Shown in pieces: positions 55,933-64,000 of a DNA stretch of 64,000 nucleotides (its first letter is position 1; each line of letters opens with the position of its first letter). The stretch is from Marsupella aquatica (lineage: Eukaryota > Plantae > Marchantiophyta), in assembly GCA_973895155.1 (NCBI GenBank), contig OZ316892.1, positions 7,485,251 through 7,549,250 on the forward strand, written 5' to 3'. A model generated the notes under the pieces. It saw only the letters and a program-made list of their open reading frames with translations, made no database searches and was not told the origin of the DNA. The position numbers and the translations under genes are program-made.

Positions 55933-56507
55933 ATGAGCAACTCCGCTACAAAGATATGGCCCGGTATGCCTGGATCACTTTGTGAACGATGCTCATATAT
56001 GTATCAGAGTTTAAAACTCAAGGATTTACAGTGTGAGCTCGAGATGGTTCAGTCGAGGCTACAGTTTCTTCGGCCCCAGAAACAACTAGATAACGAGCCG
56101 GTAGATGGAATTCTCAAAAGGCGACGGGAGGATAGTAGTACGAGGCAGAAGCCGTGAGCCTTTGTTCGCTCACAAGTTTATTCTGGTGCGTGGTCGATCC
56201 TGGCGCTCCATTTCTTTGCAATTTTGTGCATCGGCTTGGTTATTGTGTTTGTAGTAGTATGTTTGAAACCGCGTGGCTAGGTGTTTCCATTTATTAAGAA
56301 TAGCTCTGCACAGTACACTGCAAGCCCACACAGTGGAGTATTCCTATCAATGTGAGTTGAGTAAGTAGTACCAGGCTTCAACTGACTCGTTTGGCTGAGT
56401 CCTGACATGTGTTTGCGAAATATATGCAGTCCAGAAGATCATCTGTCTTCTGTAAGATGTTCAGCACATCTTTGTGCGAACTGAATCAGGAGGAGCTGGG
56501 GACAGCG
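55933..56507 (+). pseudogene. BTB/POZ copy D, frameshifted and truncated paralog of copy B
   Basis: ELEMVQSRLQFLRPQKQLDNEPVDGILK is followed by a +1 frameshift at ~56116, after which GDGRIVVRGRSREPLFAHKFIL resumes. The intron is homologous to that of copy B. Exon 2 starts at 56430 (SRRSSVFCKMFSTSLCELNQEELGT) and homology ends at ~56507. Confidence 0.88.
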
Positions 56508-58680
56508 CCTATGGATTTCTAGTTGCAAGTTTGTGGATGAGTCGCTGATGAGAAGTTTGGCAAGAGTGGTAGAGGGAAAACAGGTCAGAAAAAGTGGTAC
56601 CATAGAGAAAACGCGATGCTTCGTGAATGCGTCATGATCAACAAACCTCGAAAAATTGGAGACGGGTCACTCGACGTCCTCAAAACTGTTAGTTCGAATC
56701 GAATCGAACCAATTTGGTTGGCAGATCGTCGGCGAGAAATTTGAGACTCCCAGTCGGCACTTGAAGTGAAACGGCATGGAACATATGTGAGGAAGATCAG
56801 GCGTTCTGAACTAGAGGAGATTCGAAGCACGACCGGGATGATACCGTAGCAAGGCAAGGTCGGCAGTGTATTGAGATATGTGTTCCAAATCTCAGGTTAT
56901 GCATGCATCTCAAGGTATGGCTTTCGTGAAAGCGTCGCTAAATTGTGTAGAGATATCTTTTCGCTCTAACGCCCATCCCACCAGATAAACTCATTGGAAC
57001 ATGGGACCTCGAAATACTTTTTTAGTGTGGAATTTGCAACCTGTCGCAACAATATTTTCACATGACAATGGTCAACTCAGATCCTTAAGAGTAAACGAAA
57101 TTAATTCTCAAAACAGTAGTCGAGGATTGTCTGCTTCTCAGTCTGCTTATCTGGGATAGGACTGTCCTTCCTACTGTTTCTGAAGTATCGATGAATCGCA
57201 TGGCTCGTGGGTTTTATGCAAAAAATCCCCACTTGAATGGCAATCGTAATATCATACAGGTTTTTCAGTGTTAAGCTCACCGTTAGGTACTTCCAATCTT
57301 TGTGTTCAAACAAGGAGTCCCAATTCACTAGTACATATTTGCCAATTTTGCGAAGGCGTTTTACAAGAGGAAGAAAGCTTTGCAAGATTAATCTCATCGC
57401 TAACCTTGCGATATGATATGCATCGCACTTAGCGAATCTACACACATCGCAACACATAATTGCGAAACTTAGACCATCGCAACATTTTACGACACTTCAG
57501 GTATCGCAAAACATTTCCGAAGCAATTACCATTGAACAAGTTAGCGATCTTTATCGCTTCGCAAATTCATTGAGATGCGCCGGAAAACTAAATGGTTGCG
57601 AATATTTAAGCATCTCAAAATATTTTGCGAGTCTTATTGTCTCGCAAATGAGCGATGTTTGTGGAATATATGGCTAACTTGCGATAGTAATAGGCTCGCA
57701 AATCCTGTGCCTGTCTAGGGTCTCATTTTGTGAATGTTTTGGTTTCGCAACTTTGAGATGGTGGTATCTTCGGAAGTTTGCGATGAGGGGATGATGGCAA
57801 TTAGGGAGCAGTTAAGTATCGCAAATGTAGCGATGAGTTTGCGGGTGTAGGGGTTTCGCAAGATGTTTCGCAAAATATTATGAGCGCTTCAAAGAGGTGG
57901 AAAAGGAATGGGATTGGGGAGGGAGGGTAAAGGAAGGTGGATACATGTAATTTTTAGGGAGGGACAATGAAAAGGAGGAGGAAGGGAATGGGGCTAGGAG
58001 GGACAAGGAACGGAGGGATCCAAGAGGGAGGATACAGGTTTAGGGGGCACAAGGAAATGAGGGAGGAGGAAGGGTATGTAGATATAGTTTTAGGGAGGGT
58101 TTGGATTTAGGGAGTGAAAATAAAAAGGAGGGAGTTTAGGGTTTAGAGAGGGACAAGGAAAGGAGGGAGGGTATTGGTTTAGAGAGGGACAAGGAAATGA
58201 GGGAGGTTTAAGGATATAGGTTTAGGAGGGAGGAGAGAAGCTAGGTTGTATAGGTGAGAGTGGGGGACAGGGGTGGAAAGTAAGGAAAGTATAGGGTTGA
58301 AATAGAAAGCCAGGGGTTGGGACAAGGAGAGGAAGGAGGAAGGAGGGTTTAATAAGAGGGACAGACAATGAAAGAAAGGAGGAGGGAGGTGGGTACAAGT
58401 AATAAGGAGAACAGCTAGGGGGGGATTAGGAAAGCATGGAGGATAGAGGACTACAAGCAACATGAGTTTTCTTTGCATAAAGTCTACCAAAAGGTGTGGT
58501 GAGTGTGGGGTAGGGATGGGAGATATAGAAAACAACATTTGAAAATGATATACTTACAAAATATAAGTTTATTGATAATTGAGAAGCGCATATTTCTCCA
58601 TTCTACCGAGAAGAGAAATCTTCATATCATCAAATCTAACTATATATCCGTGTAGCTATATATCCACAAACACAGACCCC

Positions 58681-61600
58681 TCAAACTTGGTCCTCATCAT
58701 CTTCAGGTTGGGACACAACCAGAATATCAGGCTTTTCCCCAATGATTGAACGAGACCGTGGCACATATGTGATGACAAGTGACCATTCCTCTGGGTTTGG
58801 GGGGTATGGAATATAGAAACATTGTTCCACATGACTTGGAAAAGTGAACGGCTCTGATGTTTGCCAATGAGATGGCTGGAAACTAGTGGCAGACGTCTTC
58901 AGTCGTGTAAATCCACACTCATCTTGAACCACAGTAGGATTGTTACCTGCAAGGTTCACTTTGAACCACTTGCACTTGAAGACATACTCTTCAAACTTTG
59001 ATTGTGCATCATAAGATATCACTAGAATCTCTTCTACCTTTCCATAATGTGGCACAACATCTCGAATAATATTTGTGTCATGGCGACTGCTGCGGGAATC
59101 TTGAGAGAATTGTCCTTGAACTCCACAATCAAAGGTACGACCCCTCTTCTCATCAAGGGAAGAAATCCTAAAATCCATCAAACCATAAGGATATGTTACA
59201 CAAAAATGGACACAAACATATTTCAATTAATTGAACACACCAAGAATCTGCCTCTTCAATATACGTGCTTGTATTACAAATGAATTAAATTAAACCAAGT
59301 GATTCAAATCAAAGGTTACTAAGGTAGATGGAGATCACCTGAAATGTCTTCCTTGTGTCCACATTGTTGTCCTTGTTGTAACCACTCTCAAGGGACCATG
59401 AACAATGGTACGAACATCATCTGTGATAGCCGGAAAATGTAATACACTCTCTCCCCTGACCACCATGTCATCCACCTCAACTAACTTCTCCTTGGTCTTG
59501 TGCTGTTACTTTTGGCATCCTCATAGAAATCCCTCCATTCTTCCATGATAGTGCTGTTACTCAACATGAATGTGGTCAGTTGTTTCACCTCCACTGGTGT
59601 CAACATGCGAGTTTTCCTAGCACCTGTTAAACGATCCTCTTCATCTTCCCTCTCCTCTACCCAAGTACGGGGAGAGGTACAATCAATTGTGGCCAATATG
59701 TTACTACAATAGAACATACTCTCAGCTGCTAAGTATCCTGTAGCCATGCTTCCCTCAACCCGTGCACGGTTACGTACATAACCTTTTAACACTGCCATGT
59801 ATCGTTCTAGCCAATACATCCACCGACAATGCACAGGACCTGCAATGGCCACCTCATGAACAAGATGAACAAGTAAATGCACTTGACAGTCAAAAAAGGA
59901 AGGAGGAAGGGCCTTCTCCAACTTGCATACCACCTCTGCTGCCAAAACCTCCATCCCAGGGATCTCATCAGTATATATCTCCTTAGAGCATACCCATCTC
60001 AATAGTTTTCCCAATGACCAAAGGGCATCTTGCACTTCTTCACTTGCCAAACCTATTATGGCCACAGGCAATATGTGCTGCAATAACCTATGGTAGTCAT
60101 GTGTCTTGAGATACCTTGGCCACTTATGATTGTCCTCCATCCCAAAGGCCTTTCGGAGATTGGCACCATAACCAGTAGGAAACTGCATGTCTCCTATGCG
60201 ATTCTGAAACTCCCTTCTCTGGCCAATAGGAAGCACCCATGGAGCTGAAGGTCGATGCTCGATCCCTGTGATAGGATCACTTATGACCCACACGTCTGGA
60301 TGCATCTCAAGATCCTCACAAGCCTCCCTGAAGTTAGTGTCTTTCTCTCCATAGAAAGCCTTTATCAAAGCCTTTCCCACATTTCCCTCAATGTGCATGG
60401 GGTCTAATAGATGGCGGATCTTCAACTCACCCCAATAGGGCAAAGTGGTTAATATACTCCACCTTGTCAAGCCACTACCGTCAAATTGCATGGGATCCTC
60501 TGGGTCTGTCACTCTTGCAGCCATGTCTTTCCAGTGTGTAAAAGTTGTTGGCTCAGGTACATCACGCTGGTCACCAAAGGGCATATCAATAGAGGAAAAT
60601 AGTAGTGGGTCATGCCTCATCTGATGTCCCATTGAAAGAAACTTTGTATGCCCAAGATAAACAATCTTGCGAAGATGTGATGAATACTTGGCTACATCAC
60701 CAAGGCTTGGGCCACAAGTGGAGCAAGCCTTGTAGCCTTGGGTTTGCAACCCACTCACAAAGCCAAATCCTGGTCATATAAACACACATTATGTTAGGAT
60801 TAGCACATGGAAATGAGGGGATACCATGCATTAGAATATGATGCATTTAAACAACAAAGTTCTTACCTGGGTAGTCATGCATGGTCCACATACAAACCCC
60901 TTTGAGTTTGAAAACCCGTGGGGTACCCCCTGTAGTCTTTCAACCATCATATGCCCATACTCCTTCCCATAATTTCTGGAGTTCCTGAACCAGTAATGTC
61001 AAATAGGTGTCCATGTTCTTCACCTTCTTTGGCCCTGGGATAATCAAAGATAGCAACAAAAAACCCTTTTTCATGGACAACCATGGTGGAAGGTTGTAAT
61101 TCATGAGAACCACAGGCCAGACCGATGTAGGTCTCCCCTTCCCTCCAAGTGAATGAGGGCTAACTCCATCTGATGCCAACCCCAGTCGCACATGCCGAGG
61201 GTCACGCTCAAAATCTGGCCATGTTGATTCCACATGTTTATGAGCAGGAGAGTCAACTGGTAATCGCATGACACTGGGCTCCGAACGATGTTTCTTGTGC
61301 CATACCATCAACTCGGCCAAGTCAGAACATCTATACATGTGCAACAAGCGAGGAATTATGGGGAACCAACGAACTGCTTTCCTTGGTACCTTCTGGGTTA
61401 GCATGTTTGGCTCATACCGTGGCTCATGACACACTGTGCATTCTGTGATATGGGCTGTATCCCCGTGAAATAACATGCAATCATTCACACAGGCATGAAT
61501 AATATGGTAATCCATACCAATGGATGAGAGAACCTTCTTTGCATCCTTCCAGGTCCCTGGCAACACATTCTCCGAGGGTAACATCAAGTCATGACAATAT

Positions 61601-62016
61601 TCAAATATGTCTGATAACATAGAATTGCTTGTCTTGTGTTTGGCTTGAATGTTCAAGAGCACCAATATGGCAGAAAGACAGCTCAACCGAGCACCCTCAA
61701 AAATAGGTGTTCGAGCATGTTCCTCTGCCTCTTTCCATTGTTGTTGTCCCTCTGGAGTATGTTGTGGCCGTGGGTCATTTGAAGGGCCAACCTCATGACC
61801 AATGTGAGGCACATCATCCTCAACATCGGCACCAAACCAATCAACCATGAAGTCATCCATGGCTCTATCTTGATCATGCATGACCTGGTCATCAGTCCGA
61901 GGTGCGGCTTCTTCATCAGCACCACCTACATCATTACTTGATGAGGAATCACCCAAAACCTCCTCATGTATATTTGACCAAGTACAACAAATTAAAATAG
62001 ACTTAACACCATTCAT
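58681..62016 (-). pseudogene. CACTA Tnp2/TnpD transposase (Transposase_21 + DUF4218 + DUF4216 regions)
   Basis: Motifs: IHACVNDCMLF..CTVCHEPRY, WFPIIPRL, RLGLASDG, SVWPVVLMNYNLPPW, WTMHDYP|GFG..GYKACSTC, HLLDPMHIEGNV, LKTHDYH, PPSFFDCQVHLLVHL, GPVHCRWMYWLERYM, WFKV..DECGF..EPF. Lesions are an in-frame TGA at 60942-60940 and a frameshift near 59490. Confidence 0.93.
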
Positions 62017-62146
62017 TCAAGACATTAAGAATTAAAGTAAATGCATGGGCTAAAACCTTATTACTCCAAAATGAGCCCAAAGGCCATATATATAATAGTA
62101 AATGGGAAGTCCAAAATAGGTGTAAGAGGATAAAGGACATGATTTC

Positions 62147-62951
62147 CTAATCCCACTCATAGTGTGTGAATAACTCATCTCCTGCTCTAATGGTCCTAGT
62201 GATATGTCGTGCCATATGGTGCCGGCATTGGACCATCAGTAAAAACCCACTCACAATTGGCCCTACACTTGGGCCGAGTCCCCACAGTACTATTTATGAA
62301 ACCAGCAATATTCCCATTACGTATGGGATCACCATCTATCACCCGCTACTCACTATACCTTCTAGTGCTACCATCAAAAGTATCCATCTCTAGAGCATAT
62401 ATTTTCCACTCAGGATGTTGTGCAAGGATCATGTTCCAATGTCTTCTCTTGTAGATGGGTCCACCGTATGGGAACAAAGTAGGACCCTCTCTACCACGAA
62501 CACTTGACCCACCCTCCTCATCCATGATGATATCCTCACAAGCAAATACTCCATATCCATGTCTCTCTCCAAGTGTGGAAGTTTTCACAATCCAACGTCT
62601 ACCCCAAACCACAATCTCCTCATCAAAATCTGTAAAATAAGGCAAGCCAAGAGTGATAGGTTCCCAATCCTTGATGATAGAGGCACACTTGCCAGTGAAT
62701 GAACAAACACCCCACCTACCCTGAACTAGTGTTCTGGATGGGTCATTGGGTGCTCGTGGCCTCCTGTTGGATTGGGGCCTGGACCGGGGTCTTCGTGTCT
62801 CAGTGGGCACATGAGGGTGTTCCCCTTTTGTCCCATGACTGGTACTAATTCCCAAACCCAAGGCTTGTGAAAGTGCATTGCCTATAGCATCTAAAACTCC
62901 TTGTGATGGGACATAGGGTGGTGGTGTCACTAATCTACGCATATTGGATCC
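62147..62951 (-). pseudogene. SET-domain coding region inside the CACTA element (premature stop + frameshift in this copy)
   Basis: Translation: WIVKTSTLGERHGYGVFACEDI...LFPYGG..IYALEM...SE*RVIDGDPIRNGNIAGFINS..RANCEW..[frameshift ~62200]..TRTIRAGDELFTHYEWD*. The SET motifs (GxGVFA, ID..GNxAxFIN, IxAGxELxxxY) occur in the canonical order. Confidence 0.8.
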
Positions 62952-63062
62952 CTATTCCATGCAAACACCCACAAACAACCAAATGTGTAAACCATATGTG
63001 TAAACATTGATTCACCTCTAAAAATAACAGTAAAGAACGGCAATCAATTGAAACAAACTTAC

Positions 63063-63287
63063 CATATGGGATGAAGAAGCCCCGGGAGTAAGACCTCTAT
63101 GATGTCCATATCTCTCAATATGTTGAGCACACACATAAGATTTTTGAGAAATTTGGCCCACACATTTGGTGCAGTCACAAAGTCTTCGGGGTGGACCACG
63201 AGGACCAGTAACCTCGGGCTGAGGAGGAGGGGGTATATCGTCATCGAAGGAGTACTCACTACTGGATAGTTCAGAGGAAGAGGACAT
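63063..63287 (-). CDS. CACTA first coding exon with transposase-associated Cys/His (CxC..C...H) domain
   Basis: MSSSSELSSSE..RRLCDCTKCVGQISQKSYVCAQHIERYGHH..SSHM is followed by a phase-0 donor GTAAGT at 63062. It resembles the N-terminal transposase-associated domain of En/Spm TnpD. Confidence 0.65.
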
Positions 63288-63875
63288 ATCCACTGCCACA
63301 TTACATTGCATGTAGGGCATGATTAGGAAAAATTAGGCCATATATAAAGCGATTTTAAAAAAAATGAACTCAAAAAACAATTAGGTTGGTTTATACATGG
63401 GGTTTTATTACCCTTTTATATTTGTTAGCATGAAACCCAAATTAAGGTGAGTGTCATGCAAGAAGAAACCACATTATAACCTTTGGGAAAATTGTAATAC
63501 CCTATGTCCTAAGTGAGGTTAGATTATTACCTGAATGAGACCCGGGCTCAACAGTGCCTATAGGTCACGTGGCTTTTGGAACATTTGCCAAATCTAGAAG
63601 TAGGAGGAAAATACTGGAAACAAAATGTAAGTTTGGATGGTAATTAGCAGCCGTCAAGTTGTGGAATCTTAGACATTTACCCACATATATCATGGCACAA
63701 CAAAGAAGGGCAAGCATAAAAATCTGTACTAACAACATTGACTGTATACATGATGTTATACCTTTTAGATGCCCGGGTTCCCACAATGCATATGCATTAG
63801 ACAAAAGTTGAGGTAGTAGTGTTGGCCCTGCGTTGTATCATGATTACATGGGTTTTCCCCTCAATTGTTAGCATA

Positions 63876-63897
63876 AAACCCTAAACCCTAAACCCTT
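63876..63897. repeat. Short interstitial plant telomeric repeat (AAACCCT)x3
   Basis: aaaaccctaaaccctaaaccctt. Confidence 0.7.
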
Positions 63898-64000
63898 ATC
63901 CCCCCTCAAGTGAAAGGTGAGTGTCATGCAATAAAAACCCACCCTAGACCCCTGGGAAAACTCTAAAGGCCTAAGCCCAGAATGAAGTTGGACAATAATT

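Larger units (their letters stand above)
57326..64000 (-). mobile_element. CACTA (En/Spm) DNA transposon, one end in window, decayed coding region
   Basis: The terminus CACTAGTACA at 57326 is followed by dense TTGCGA/TCGCAA subterminal repeats (~57347-57875), and Tnp2-type transposase exons lie on the minus strand. The other terminus was not seen in the window. Confidence 0.9.

Noticed and set aside
58179-58538. 119-aa Pro/Leu-rich ORF in the CACTA element
   Set aside because: It is a translation of the pyrimidine strand of the G/A tract and has no TnpA motifs.
60940-60942. Programmed readthrough/recoding at in-frame stops in the transposase and SET regions
   Set aside because: Both stops are single C>T changes from CGA/CAG and co-occur with frameshifts, which ordinary TE decay explains.

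Overview
This is eukaryotic nuclear DNA with GT-AG spliceosomal introns, (GA)n leaders and TTTAGGG telo motifs. Gene content suggests a non-seed land plant, probably a bryophyte/liverwort (inference). Left to right the window holds: a small tail-anchored membrane ORF; MICOS Mic10; a multi-exon MCM4 (minus strand) with E2F sites, divergent from plastid thioredoxin z and separated from it by a decayed RLE-type non-LTR fragment and a minisatellite; a fungal/algal UapA-type nucleobase transporter; a repeat-rich intergenic block; a conserved uncharacterised plastid-type protein; DPH3/KTI11 with a long upstream ORF in its apparent leader; nested inverted-repeat elements; four CxxC-coiled-coil-BTB genes (two intact, two disrupted) with a probable Helitron among them; and one end of a CACTA (En/Spm) transposon that runs off the window. 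The most striking observation is in the CACTA element. A complete but decayed SET-domain coding region lies between its transposase-associated Zn exon and its Tnp2 exons, and it is joined in frame to that Zn exon by a canonical intron. All calls come from manual reading and translation; no database searches were run.
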